Below, one piece after another: positions 1 through 9,936 of a DNA stretch of 64,000 nt. Source of the DNA: Thermoplasmata archaeon (GTDB lineage: Archaea; Thermoplasmatota; E2; DHVEG-1). Positions within the stretch are counted from its first letter, which is position 1, and each line of letters begins with the position of its first letter. The notes under the pieces are model-generated. The model saw nothing but the letters and a program-made list of their open reading frames with translations. It had not been told where the DNA came from and searched no databases. The DNA lies in contig JAHWGK010000001.1 of assembly GCA_020054495.1 (NCBI GenBank), forward strand, positions 19,048 to 83,047. The letters run 5' to 3'. A program made the translations under genes and the position numbers.

Positions 1-1
1 G

Positions 2-226
2 GCTATAAAATATAATGATTTTGTTGTTGCTCAAGGGAAATATTCACCATTGCCAAATGTGAAAAATATTTGTCCTGATGTATTAATGGAATCTAGTAGT
101 CACACTAAGAATAATATTGATGAGGCGAAACAAGTAATGGACAAATTAGGTGGCAAAGTTATTGTCACACCATATTACCCTATGATTTGTTCGACTGAGA
201 TTAAGAAAAAAATTCGAGAGGGGTAG
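2..226 (+). CDS. 3' end of a CDS truncated by the window edge; cytidylyltransferase-like C-terminus (TagD-like?)
   Basis: Frame 2 is open from the window start to TAG 224-226. The tail ...GGKVIVTPYYPMICSTEIKKKIREG resembles the ...VVYLPRTEGISTTKIKEEI tail of glycerol-3-phosphate cytidylyltransferases. Weak, short match. Confidence 0.3.
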   Translation, partial: AIKYNDFVVAQGKYSPLPNVKNICPDVLMESSSHTKNNIDEAKQVMDKLGGKVIVTPYYPMICSTEIKKKIREG

Positions 227-229
227 ATA

Positions 230-1462
230 ATGACGAAAATAAATTTACAATTTTGGAATTTGTGGACTACCTATGCAATTTATTACTTTGGAAAAGTAAA
301 TCTGAGTATAATAATACCAGCGTTATTGATAACATTTAAAGATCTCAACCTGTATAATTTTGGTCTTGTTTCATTGGGATTCATGTTTGCCTATGCTATT
401 GGGCAGTTTTTACATGGGCAAATTTCAGAGAGATTCAATCCATATGTCTATATAACAATGGGGTTATTGTTATCGGGAATAGCGAATCTATTTATGGGTT
501 TTGTTGGAAGCTTTTTTGTAATGTTATTAATGCTAGAAACCTTTGATGGATTCTTCCAATCAATGGGATGGTCTTCGGTTGTAAGAGCCAATGCCTTAAT
601 CCAAAAGAATGACAAAGAGAGAGATCGATCTTCAACAATACTGGGTTGTTCATACCAGATTGGGACCGCAGTAACATCACTCGTCTCAGCATTTGTTGTT
701 GCATGGTGGGGATGGCAGGCAGGTTTCTGGGTGGCCAGTATAATGCTAATAGGTAGAGGTGTAACTCTATACCTAACAAAACCAAAAGTAGACCATAAGC
801 CAAAGCAAACAGTAAAAAAACAAGTCAGAGGGACAATTACGTTTCCAATTGTTATGAGCGGGCTTTCCCTAATGGTACTCAATATGGTGCGATATGGAGT
901 TATGACTTGGTTGTTTGCATACTATATCCTTGAAGGAAGTCACACAATAGCAGAATTTGGCGAAGTCAGCATAAGTAGTTTCTTTGTGTTCATTCCACTT
1001 GCCGGAGTATGTGGAACACTTATCTACAATAAATTCCCTTGGAAAAAGGATATTACAAGTATTATATTCCTTTCACTGATGGGTGTATGTTGGTATATAT
1101 TCCCATTTGCAGATAGCTTTACAGGATCCTTACTTGTTCTAGCAAGTAGTGCGTTCCTCTATGGACCACACGTGTTCCTAGTTTGTACTATACCAACCAG
1201 ATTCAAAGAGAAGGACGTGGTAGCCTCATCAACAGGATTTATTGATGGAATGGGGTACATAGGAACAACAATAATAATGATGGTTGTTCCATATCTTGTG
1301 ATAGAAACACAAGGTAGTTGGAACAATGTCTTCATATTATGGTCATTGATCTCCTTTGCAGCAGCAGCCTTAGTTGCAATAACATACTTTGGGCACTTTA
1401 AAGATATTATTCTTCAGACAAATGAACAACCACTTAAAAAAAAAGAAGGTAAATCTCGTTAA
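230..1462 (+). CDS. MFS transporter, organophosphate:Pi antiporter (GlpT/UhpC-like) family
   Basis: 410 aa and multi-TM. The N-terminal YAIYYFGKVNLSIIIPAL resembles the GlpT-family signature (Y..Y..R.N.S.A.P.L). ATG lies 3 nt after the upstream stop. Confidence 0.7.
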   Translation: MTKINLQFWNLWTTYAIYYFGKVNLSIIIPALLITFKDLNLYNFGLVSLGFMFAYAIGQFLHGQISERFNPYVYITMGLLLSGIANLFMGFVGSFFVMLLMLETFDGFFQSMGWSSVVRANALIQKNDKERDRSSTILGCSYQIGTAVTSLVSAFVVAWWGWQAGFWVASIMLIGRGVTLYLTKPKVDHKPKQTVKKQVRGTITFPIVMSGLSLMVLNMVRYGVMTWLFAYYILEGSHTIAEFGEVSISSFFVFIPLAGVCGTLIYNKFPWKKDITSIIFLSLMGVCWYIFPFADSFTGSLLVLASSAFLYGPHVFLVCTIPTRFKEKDVVASSTGFIDGMGYIGTTIIMMVVPYLVIETQGSWNNVFILWSLISFAAAALVAITYFGHFKDIILQTNEQPLKKKEGKSR

Positions 1463-1486
1463 TCAGAATTCTTAATAGGGATAATA

Positions 1487-2224
1487 ATGAGCATCTTTGA
1501 ATGGGACACCAGAGCTGAAAAATATGACAACTTAGAGTGGACAAACAGAGAGCAATATATGGAAACATTCCTAAAAATGTGTGATTTAAAGTCTGATTTT
1601 AACGCGTGTGATATAGGTACAGGAACTGGAATAATTGCTCAAACATTGGCTCATTATTGCAAAAATGTTGATGCAATTGATTATTCAAAATCGATGCTTA
1701 ATATAGCAAAAAAGAAACGACGAATGGATAATATTAATTATAAACTTATGAATGCAGAAAAACTAGAATTTTCATCAAATTTATTTGATATAGTAACAGC
1801 TAGAATGTGTTTTCATCATATTGCACATCGAGATAAAGCAATAAATGAATGTATAAGAATTCTAAAACCTGGAAAAAAATTTGTTATTTCAGAAGGCATT
1901 CCACCTCCAGGAACCAGGAAGTTTTATACAGAAATGTTCAAGTTAAAAGAAAAAAGAAGAACGTATACTATAGATGATCTAGTAGAATTATTAGAAAACG
2001 GTGGATTAAAAAATCTCGTTATTGAAATACATAAAATGCCATGTGTAAGTATTAACAATTGGTTGGCAAACTCAGGTAAAGATAAAATCACTTGTAAAAA
2101 GATTTATGATATTCATTTAGACTGTGATGATTATGTCAAAAAAGCATATAACATGAAGGTATTAAATGGCGATATTTTCATGGATTGGTTAATTGCAATT
2201 GTTTGTGGCATAAAATCACATTAA
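1487..2224 (+). CDS. class I SAM-dependent methyltransferase
   Basis: Motif I DIGTGTGIIAQ, post-I DAIDYS, and ILKPGKKFVISE. Confidence 0.8.
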   Translation: MSIFEWDTRAEKYDNLEWTNREQYMETFLKMCDLKSDFNACDIGTGTGIIAQTLAHYCKNVDAIDYSKSMLNIAKKKRRMDNINYKLMNAEKLEFSSNLFDIVTARMCFHHIAHRDKAINECIRILKPGKKFVISEGIPPPGTRKFYTEMFKLKEKRRTYTIDDLVELLENGGLKNLVIEIHKMPCVSINNWLANSGKDKITCKKIYDIHLDCDDYVKKAYNMKVLNGDIFMDWLIAIVCGIKSH

Positions 2225-2289
2225 TCTCAAATAAAAACTTTTAAAACATTTTACTATCTAGCTTAATTAACTAAATTTGAGAGATTCAA

Positions 2290-2637
2290 ATGAGGGAAGA
2301 AGAAAAAGCTGTCGAAGCACTTCGGAACGTAAAACTTAGAAAGAGTGCTGTCCCTCTTTTCATAACAAAAACCTTAGTTAATATTAGTAATATATTGCCA
2401 AATTGGATGAATAAAAAAAATTTAAAAACATTATTAAAAATATATGAAAAAAAAGGTTGTAAGTTTGTTCATATTGCTATACCTAATCATTTCTTTACAA
2501 ATTTATCAACACTAGAATTTTATGGGGAAATTTCAAAGTTCCTAAAAAAACAGAAGAATATTTGGAATATAGATATGGCAAAGATTGGAGAATCCCCAAA
2601 AGAGATTATATATCTACCAAAGATGACCACTCAATAG
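2290..2637 (+). CDS. hypothetical protein
   Basis: 115-aa ORF in the operon orientation; no recognisable motif. Confidence 0.4.
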   Translation: MREEEKAVEALRNVKLRKSAVPLFITKTLVNISNILPNWMNKKNLKTLLKIYEKKGCKFVHIAIPNHFFTNLSTLEFYGEISKFLKKQKNIWNIDMAKIGESPKEIIYLPKMTTQ

Positions 2638-2707
2638 TTAAAGATTAAAGACAAATTCAAATAACAGAAAACGCCAAGATGAATGGCTCGATCTGGAGGA
2701 AAATATA

Positions 2708-3877
2708 TTGAAAGAGATAGGCATACTAGAAGTTCATTGCCATGTTAAATTTCTTCATACGACAATGAAGATTTGCAAGACAAAAGATACAAATGTTACA
2801 GTATTCACAACAAAATATCTGTTTTCAAGACTAGAGAATTACTTAGAGAATAAAGAGGATTATAATGTTGTATTAAAAAAGGATAATGAAGGGTTGAATT
2901 CCTTCTTAAAACGAGTTGAAAAAATTTGTAATGAAAAAATTGATTTATTACTTATCAATACACTGCAGGTAAGCTGTTTCTACTTACCACGTTTTTTTGG
3001 ATTTCATCCAAGATCTAAAACAATCATGACGGTACATACTGCAAATGCCTGGCTTAAACCAAAACCAGTATTCAAGCTCAGAAAATTGATCAGAACTATA
3101 GATACAAATTTAAGTTCTTTTATAGTGAGTAAAATTATACTTCCAAGATTCGATGCGATAAATGTTATTTATCCACCAATTAAGGATTATATTTTGGAAG
3201 AAACAAATTATAATAAAAAAATATTTACTTTGCCTTTCAATTTTTTTGATGAAACTAGAGAAGTTGATAAAAAGGAAAACAAAAAAATACAATTCGTTAT
3301 ACCTGGACAGATAGAAGAGCATAGAAGAGAATACAAAGTAATAATTGATGCATTTGAAAAACTCTTTAACAATTTTAATGAAAAAATCGATCTATATCTT
3401 TTAGGATACCCTGTAGGAAATTATGGAAAACAAATTTTAAAAAGATGCAAAAGAATGAAAAAGAAAGGATATAATATATTTACCTTTGATACTTTTGTTC
3501 CAGAAGGAGAATATAATGAAATTATATTAAAGAGCGACTTTATTATTTCTCCAATTAAGATTAAAACTAGAGGCATGGGAGAAATACAGGAAATATATGG
3601 CGTGACAAAGGGAAGTGCTGTTGTATTTGAAGCAATTCAATATGCCAAACCCTTAGTCGTACCATATAAATTTAATATAATCAAGGAATTGAAAAGTTCT
3701 ACTTTAAAATATCACGATTCAAATGATCTAGCAAAAATACTAATTGAATTTATAGACGACAGAAAAAAATTACTGGATTTTAAAACTGCAGCTCTTAAAA
3801 ATTCAAAATGTTTCTCTTTAGACATTTTGCAGGAATACTTTGTTAAAGAGATATTAGATAAAGTAGATGAATTATAA
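2708..3877 (+). CDS. putative GT-B glycosyltransferase
   Basis: TTG start 9 nt after GGAGGA. The C-terminal half has a GT4-like acceptor/donor region (...GSAVVFEAIQYAKPLVVPY...). Context supports the call. Confidence 0.5.
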   Translation: MKEIGILEVHCHVKFLHTTMKICKTKDTNVTVFTTKYLFSRLENYLENKEDYNVVLKKDNEGLNSFLKRVEKICNEKIDLLLINTLQVSCFYLPRFFGFHPRSKTIMTVHTANAWLKPKPVFKLRKLIRTIDTNLSSFIVSKIILPRFDAINVIYPPIKDYILEETNYNKKIFTLPFNFFDETREVDKKENKKIQFVIPGQIEEHRREYKVIIDAFEKLFNNFNEKIDLYLLGYPVGNYGKQILKRCKRMKKKGYNIFTFDTFVPEGEYNEIILKSDFIISPIKIKTRGMGEIQEIYGVTKGSAVVFEAIQYAKPLVVPYKFNIIKELKSSTLKYHDSNDLAKILIEFIDDRKKLLDFKTAALKNSKCFSLDILQEYFVKEILDKVDEL

Positions 3878-3899
3878 TAAATCGTTGGAGGAAAAGTAA

Positions 3900-4838
3900 T
3901 TGTCAAATCTTGTCAAAACATTAACCAAACGTTCTTTAAAGATATTGAAAAAGGATGGTTTTAGAGGTTTAATAACATCGAGGAAGAATTATTATGAATC
4001 TTATCCTCCAATAAGACACCATTTTTATTATTGGCTATATTCAAAATTAAAATTAAAAAGAACTATAGTTCGCGAAATTCAAGGATCAAAAATGTTTCTA
4101 AATTTGGATGATTTTGGGCTTTCAAAATATCTCTTTTTAAACGGAATACGTGAACCAGAATGCACAAGAATTTTTAAACAACAGTTAAAAGAAGGAATGG
4201 TAATTGCTGATATTGGAGCAAATATCGGATATTACGCCCTGATGGAAGCAAATATAATTGGTGATAAAGGAAAGATTTATGCAATTGAACCATTTCCGTC
4301 GAACTATAATCTCTTATTAGAAAATATAAAACTCAATTCGTATGGTAACATAATTGAGCCATACAACTTAGCTATTAGTAATAAATCAGGCAAAGAAAAA
4401 CTCTATATTTCTGAAAGACACAACTGTTGCAATATGATGGAATCTAATAATTTAGATCATGTTGAAGTTCAAACAGAAACATTAGATAATTTTATGATTA
4501 ATAAACAACTTTTTGACTACATTAGGATGGATATTGAAGGATTTGAATATTATGTCCTAAATGGCATGAAAGAAACTTTAAAAAAATGCAAATGTAAGAT
4601 GTTTATAGAAGTTCATCCATATCAAATGTACGAGAAAGGATTAGATTATAAGAAACCCTTGAAAATGCTCTTTTCCCTTGGATTTCATCCAACATATATA
4701 ATAAAGGAACATGGTCCTTTGAAAGAGGAAGCATTTGAATATAAGAAACCAGTAGAATCATTCTTTTCATATCTAGAAGAATTAGAACTATCACCCCCAA
4801 AAAATACACATGGTTTTGGCTTATTTTTAGAAAAGTAA
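3900..4838 (+). CDS. FkbM-family methyltransferase
   Basis: DIGANIGYYAL, IYAIEPFP and the late MFIEVHP block are typical of Methyltransf_21/FkbM. TTG start after GGAGGA. Confidence 0.75.
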   Translation: MSNLVKTLTKRSLKILKKDGFRGLITSRKNYYESYPPIRHHFYYWLYSKLKLKRTIVREIQGSKMFLNLDDFGLSKYLFLNGIREPECTRIFKQQLKEGMVIADIGANIGYYALMEANIIGDKGKIYAIEPFPSNYNLLLENIKLNSYGNIIEPYNLAISNKSGKEKLYISERHNCCNMMESNNLDHVEVQTETLDNFMINKQLFDYIRMDIEGFEYYVLNGMKETLKKCKCKMFIEVHPYQMYEKGLDYKKPLKMLFSLGFHPTYIIKEHGPLKEEAFEYKKPVESFFSYLEELELSPPKNTHGFGLFLEK

Positions 4839-4949
4839 TTTATCTACAGATTAACTTAATTTAGAGATAAGTAAAAATACTTAAGAAGAGTGCATTATTA
4901 CGAAAAAACCAGATTCATAATTAATTAGAGGAAATATGGAGATTATTTA

Positions 4950-6248
4950 ATGAAAATAAGTGTTTTTGCTTTAGGAAGAACAGGTTTACCTCTTTCTCTT
5001 ATCTGCGCAGACTGTGGATTTGATGTCATTGGAATAGATATCAATGACGAACTAGTTAATCAACTTAAAAATGGAAAACTTCCTTTTTATGAACCTGAAA
5101 TGAAAGAGTTACTTGATAAATATCTAAATAAAAGATTTATACCAATCAGTAAAGTGACTGAAGATGTAAAAAAATCTGAATATTTTATAATAGCAATTGG
5201 TACAAAATTTAATAGATATCCGGAAAAAGCATCTTTAACAAATCTGTATTCAGTAATAGACGAAATAAAAAACTCTGGAATAAAAAATAAAACCATTATT
5301 TTGCGTGTCACTCTTCCACTTGGAACAACTGATAAAATTAAACAAATACTTGAAAAAGATGGTTTTAAAGAAGGAAGAGATTTTTATCTAGCCTTTGTAC
5401 CAGAGAGGTTAATGGAGGGAAAAGCAATCAAAGAGGAAAGAAACCTTCCAAAAATTATTGGATGCTATAGTGATGAAAGCTTTGAAAAAGTTAAATACTT
5501 CTTTGAAAAAATAGGGGGAGAAATCGTTCGTGTTTCTAATCCTAAAACCGCTGAGTCTATAAAATTAATAGATAACTCGTGGAGAAACATGCGTTTTGCT
5601 TTTGCTAATGAAATAGCCCTTTTATCAGAGGCAAATGGAATAAATGCCATTGAAGCACTTAACGCAGCAAATAGAGGTTACGAAAGAAATAATATACCAT
5701 TTCCAGGTCCAGTTAGCGGTTATTGTCTAGGTAAAGATCCATATTTATTGGAAACTGCCTTTGATAAGGTTATCGTTAGAGGATTTAACTCTGTATGGTT
5801 TTATGCAAGGCGTGCAAATGACTGGCTAAGTAAAAAGATTGTAAAGGAAGCAAAAGGTAAAAACGTGCTAGTAGCTGGACTTTCATTTAAAAAAGATATA
5901 GATGACTATAGAAATAGTCATTCAATTGATATTGTGGATCTACTACTTGCAGAGGATTTTACAGTGATGGTAACAGATCCATATCTTGATAATGGGCCAT
6001 ATACCCGTTTACCTTTATATCTTGATAAGGCTGTTAAAAAAGTGAAATTAAAAGATGGATTAAAAAAAGTGGATACAATTATTTTTACTACAGCACACGA
6101 AGAGTATAAAAATTTAGATATCAAAGAGCTTTTAAGTAATGTAAAGAAGGGCGTAAAAATAGTAGATCTTTGGAACATATTTCAAGGGAAATTAGAAGAT
6201 TGTAAAGAAGTTATATATGTAGGGCTTGGCAGAGGAGATTTAAAATGA
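4950..6248 (+). CDS. nucleotide-sugar 6-dehydrogenase (UDP-glucose/GDP-mannose dehydrogenase family, WecC/Ugd-like)
   Basis: Three-domain layout: N-terminal Rossmann, central ...AFANEIALLSEANGI..., catalytic-region GYCLGKDP, and C-terminal LAGLSFKKDIDDYRNS. Confidence 0.85.
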   Translation: MKISVFALGRTGLPLSLICADCGFDVIGIDINDELVNQLKNGKLPFYEPEMKELLDKYLNKRFIPISKVTEDVKKSEYFIIAIGTKFNRYPEKASLTNLYSVIDEIKNSGIKNKTIILRVTLPLGTTDKIKQILEKDGFKEGRDFYLAFVPERLMEGKAIKEERNLPKIIGCYSDESFEKVKYFFEKIGGEIVRVSNPKTAESIKLIDNSWRNMRFAFANEIALLSEANGINAIEALNAANRGYERNNIPFPGPVSGYCLGKDPYLLETAFDKVIVRGFNSVWFYARRANDWLSKKIVKEAKGKNVLVAGLSFKKDIDDYRNSHSIDIVDLLLAEDFTVMVTDPYLDNGPYTRLPLYLDKAVKKVKLKDGLKKVDTIIFTTAHEEYKNLDIKELLSNVKKGVKIVDLWNIFQGKLEDCKEVIYVGLGRGDLK

Positions 6249-7198
6249 AAGTGGTTGTTACTGGTGCCGCTGGTTTCTTAGGTAGTTTTCTATCCGAAGA
6301 ACTTTTATCCAAGGAACATGAAGTAATAGGTATTGACAATTTCTTCCGAGGAAAAAAAGAGTATCTCCCAAAGCATATTAATTTTAAATTTCATGAAATA
6401 GATCTAGTTAAGCAGCCAAAAGATTTTTGTAAAATAATTGAAGAAGAAGAGCCTCAGTTATTATTTCATTATGCCGCCATTAATGGTACGAAATATTTCT
6501 ATGATATCCCTTATCAAGTAATCAATAACAATATTGTAATGACCCAAAATGTCCTCAATGCCTGTAAGAATTCAAAAGTAAAAAAAATAATTTATGCATC
6601 GAGCTCAGAAACTTACGGTGAACCTTTAGAAATTCCAACACCCGAAACTCATCCAATTTTATTAAATATTAATACAAATAGAGATAGTTATGCATCATCA
6701 AAAGCAATTTGTGATTTTTATGTTAAATTATTTGCTAAAGAAAACAATATCGATTTTCTAATTCTAAGGATCTTTAATACATATGGACCCCATATGGATA
6801 CATCTGAATATGGTCAAGTTATTCCAGAATTTATTAACAAAATGTTTAACGATGAAAAATTTACAATAATTGGTAATGGAGAACACACACGAAGTTTTTG
6901 TTACGTATCAGACCATACAAGGCTAGTAAGAAAACTTGCAGAGACTGTTTCAAATCAGGTTGTAAACATTGGGAATGACAAAGAAACGCGCATTATAGAT
7001 CTAGCAGAAATGATGCACAAAATGGAAAATAAAGAATTTAATCCAGAATTTTTACTAGAACGAGAATATGATCATAAAAGAAGATGCCCCGATATCTCAA
7101 AACTTAAAAAATTAATAAACGATTACCCAAAAGTAACTTTAGAAGAAGGATTAAAAAGGACAATTAAATGTTATAGCAAAAATATCCAGAGTTGCTAA
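6245..7198 (+). CDS. extended-SDR NAD-dependent epimerase/dehydratase (UDP-glucuronate decarboxylase-like)
   Basis: VVTGAAGFLGSFL, YASSSETYG, YASSKAICD (YxxxK). 4-nt overlap with the upstream dehydrogenase. Confidence 0.85.
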   Translation: MKVVVTGAAGFLGSFLSEELLSKEHEVIGIDNFFRGKKEYLPKHINFKFHEIDLVKQPKDFCKIIEEEEPQLLFHYAAINGTKYFYDIPYQVINNNIVMTQNVLNACKNSKVKKIIYASSSETYGEPLEIPTPETHPILLNINTNRDSYASSKAICDFYVKLFAKENNIDFLILRIFNTYGPHMDTSEYGQVIPEFINKMFNDEKFTIIGNGEHTRSFCYVSDHTRLVRKLAETVSNQVVNIGNDKETRIIDLAEMMHKMENKEFNPEFLLEREYDHKRRCPDISKLKKLINDYPKVTLEEGLKRTIKCYSKNIQSC

Positions 7199-7199
7199 A

Positions 7200-8852
7200 A
7201 TGACAACATATTTTACAAGTGCTAAACAGAAAAAAGTGCTTGATATTTCTAAAAAAATTCTCGAATTTCTTCATCTAAAACTTATAATTTATCAAATTTT
7301 TATAACTATTTTCCAAGAAATTGCATTAAAACGACTAAGAAAAATCGTTCAAAAGTCTAATGTTAATATTAAAAGCTCTACAGGAAAAAAAATTTTCTTG
7401 TACACTGTCGGAAGATATGGCATCCTGGGTTATACCGAAGCGGGAATTGCAAAATCTTTACAGATGCGAGGAAATAACGTAAAAATGCTAATATGTGGTG
7501 GTGCAATGAATATGTGTACTACCCATTTTACGATCACACAACCATTTAATCCTTGGATTTGCAAGAATTGCATTAGTTTTTCAAAAAAATTTTTTAAAAC
7601 AATAAATCTGCCCTTTTCTACATATAATGATTACTTAGAAAAAAAGGATATTGAAAATGCAGAAAAAAAAGTAAATGAATTGTCTGTAGAACAATGTGAA
7701 AAAATTGTATACAAAGATATAAGAGTTGGGTTTCATGCCAAAATCTCAGCTGAAAGATATTTCATGGGAGATATACCTCCAAAAAATAAGTATGAAAAAA
7801 TATTAAGATTAGAGTTGATAAATGCCATCATCTCAACAGACGTTGCTGAAAAAATTTATGAAAATGAAAAGCCAGACGTTTTTATTACATCTCAAGGAAT
7901 ATATAGCTCTTGGGGGGCCTTTACAGATTTTTTCACCAATAAAAAAATAAGAGTAAATATTTGGGCCAGTGGTGAAGGCGATACAATAACATTTGATAGA
8001 CATAAATCCCAAGAATATTACAGAGAGTATTATGAAGAAATAAGAAAAAAACAACAATTAAATCCTGAAGAAGAAAAGGAGATTGAAGAGTTCTTTAATA
8101 GAAGAACACATGGAAAAGAAGGTCAAGTGACTTACTATAATTTTGGAGAGATTACTAAAGAAGAACTGGAGGACAAATTCCAATTCAAAAAATACGATAA
8201 AACCTATGTAATTTTCCCTAATGTTCCCTGGGATGCAGCGGTACTTGCAGCGAATACAGCATTTACAGATGTATATGAATGGATCCTATGTACTATTGAG
8301 CTGTTTAAAGAAAAACAGAACTTACAGCTAATAATAAAAATACATCCATCAGAAATAAGATTCATGGAATCTAAAAGAACCCTACTTGATTATATAAAAA
8401 ATACATATCCTACACTTCCAGAAAATATAAAAATAATAACAGGTGACACTACAATAAGTCCATACTCCTTATTTCCATTTATAGATGTTGGAATAGTATA
8501 TGTTGGGACAATTGGATTAGAAATGGCAGTAAATAACATACCTGTAGTAGTTGCAGGTGACGCCCACTACAACAGAAAAGGTTTCACTTACGATGCTTTA
8601 ACTAAAGAAGAATATTCGAAAATCTTAAATAGAGACTTAGAACCAATATCAAATCAACAAAATTTAGCAAAAGTATATTCTTATTTCCATTTTATTAAAA
8701 AATTCATCCCAAAGTCATTTATCAAAGCAAATAGTTTTTTGGATATAAGGTGGAATATTGATTCGCTTGAAGGTTTTAATCCAGGTAAAGATAAATATCT
8801 CGATCATATTTGCAACTACATTGAAAACAACGGTGTTTTCCAAAATTGGTAA
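7200..8852 (+). CDS. capsule-synthesis-like GT-B protein with HP motif (candidate CMP-ulosonic acid transferase)
   Basis: 550 aa. ...VIFPNVPWDAAV... then LQLIIKIHPSE and a ...VGIVYVGTIGLEMAVNNIPVVV... layout, reminiscent of KpsC/KpsS-type (Capsule_synth) proteins. Not verified by search. Confidence 0.45.
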   Translation: MTTYFTSAKQKKVLDISKKILEFLHLKLIIYQIFITIFQEIALKRLRKIVQKSNVNIKSSTGKKIFLYTVGRYGILGYTEAGIAKSLQMRGNNVKMLICGGAMNMCTTHFTITQPFNPWICKNCISFSKKFFKTINLPFSTYNDYLEKKDIENAEKKVNELSVEQCEKIVYKDIRVGFHAKISAERYFMGDIPPKNKYEKILRLELINAIISTDVAEKIYENEKPDVFITSQGIYSSWGAFTDFFTNKKIRVNIWASGEGDTITFDRHKSQEYYREYYEEIRKKQQLNPEEEKEIEEFFNRRTHGKEGQVTYYNFGEITKEELEDKFQFKKYDKTYVIFPNVPWDAAVLAANTAFTDVYEWILCTIELFKEKQNLQLIIKIHPSEIRFMESKRTLLDYIKNTYPTLPENIKIITGDTTISPYSLFPFIDVGIVYVGTIGLEMAVNNIPVVVAGDAHYNRKGFTYDALTKEEYSKILNRDLEPISNQQNLAKVYSYFHFIKKFIPKSFIKANSFLDIRWNIDSLEGFNPGKDKYLDHICNYIENNGVFQNW

Positions 8853-8961
8853 ATTGGAATATCTTAAATTAATAAAAAAAATTAAAGGCAACAAAGTTTT
8901 TAAAAGAATTATTATACTTAACAATTACAAAAAGACAATCGTTCTTTAAGAGGGACTATAA

Positions 8962-9936
8962 ATGGACTTATTAAAAGATAAAGTAATATTACTAACAGGT
9001 GGAACAGGATCTTTTGGCAATAAATTTACTGATATAGTTTTAAAGGAACACAATCCTAATGCGATAAGGATTTTTTCAAGAGGAGAAAAAAAACAATTAG
9101 ATATGGCCAATAGATTCAAAGATGATAGATTAAGGTTTTTTATAGGAGATGTTAGAGATAAAGATAGACTACATCGAGCAATGAATGATGTTGATATAGT
9201 TGTTCATGCTGCTGCTTTAAAACAGGTCCCTGCTTGTGAATATAATCCTATTGAGGCAGTGAGAACAAATATAGATGGAGGCATCAATGTGATTGATGCT
9301 GCAATTGATAACGGAATAGAACGCGTAATAGCCATCAGTACCGACAAAGCAGTTCATCCAGTAAATTTGTATGGCGCAACTAAAATGACAGCTGAAAAAC
9401 TTTTCATTCAAGGTAATTCCTACGCGGGTAAAGCTAATACAATGTTTAGTTGTGTTAGATATGGAAACGTTATCGGTAGTCGAGGTAGCGTAATTCCCCT
9501 TTTCTTGGAACAAAAAAAGACAGGGGCAATTACAATAACACATGAAGAAATGACACGTTTTTGGATAAGACTTGAAGATGGAGTTAGATTTGTTACAAAA
9601 TGTGTTAATAGAATGAAAGGTGGCGAAATCTTTGTTCCAAAAATTCCAAGTATGAAAATTATTGACCTCGCGGATGCAATAGCACCCGGTGTAAAAAGAA
9701 AGATTATTGGAATTAGACCTGGAGAAAAAATCCATGAGATATTAATAACAGAAGATGAAGCTAAACATAGCAGGGAATTTAATGATAGTTTCGTCATAGA
9801 ACCTGAGCACCCATTCTGGGAAGAAGATAACTTGGCAGGAGGAAAACAACTTCCAGAGGGATTTAGATATACAAGTGCAAATAATGAAAAATGGATAACT
9901 AAAGGCGAAATAAAGAAAATTATTAAGGAATTATAA
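8962..9936 (+). CDS. pseB: UDP-N-acetylglucosamine 4,6-dehydratase (inverting), PseB/FlaA1
   Basis: Near-colinear with Helicobacter/Campylobacter PseB: LLTGGTGSFGNKF, RFFIGDVRD, HAAALKQVPACEYNP, STDKAVHPVNLYGATK, RYGNVIGSRGSVIP, MTRFWI, GGEIFVPKIPSMK. Confidence 0.92.
   Translation: MDLLKDKVILLTGGTGSFGNKFTDIVLKEHNPNAIRIFSRGEKKQLDMANRFKDDRLRFFIGDVRDKDRLHRAMNDVDIVVHAAALKQVPACEYNPIEAVRTNIDGGINVIDAAIDNGIERVIAISTDKAVHPVNLYGATKMTAEKLFIQGNSYAGKANTMFSCVRYGNVIGSRGSVIPLFLEQKKTGAITITHEEMTRFWIRLEDGVRFVTKCVNRMKGGEIFVPKIPSMKIIDLADAIAPGVKRKIIGIRPGEKIHEILITEDEAKHSREFNDSFVIEPEHPFWEEDNLAGGKQLPEGFRYTSANNEKWITKGEIKKIIKEL

Noticed and set aside
448-882. Antisense ORFs 448..882 and 492..803 inside the MFS transporter gene
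   Set aside because: They lie fully within a longer, motif-supported gene on the opposite strand. Their composition is low-complexity and typical of shadow ORFs in AT-rich DNA, and they have no SD.
8758-8949. 63-aa ORF overlapping the end of the 7200..8852 gene
   Set aside because: It mostly overlaps a longer gene in another frame and is Lys/Ile-rich low complexity. The intergenic part more likely holds the pseB promoter and SD.
9217-9797. Antisense ORFs 9217..9735 and 9420..9797 opposite pseB
   Set aside because: pseB is near-colinear with characterised PseB proteins. The antisense frames have no recognisable motifs.
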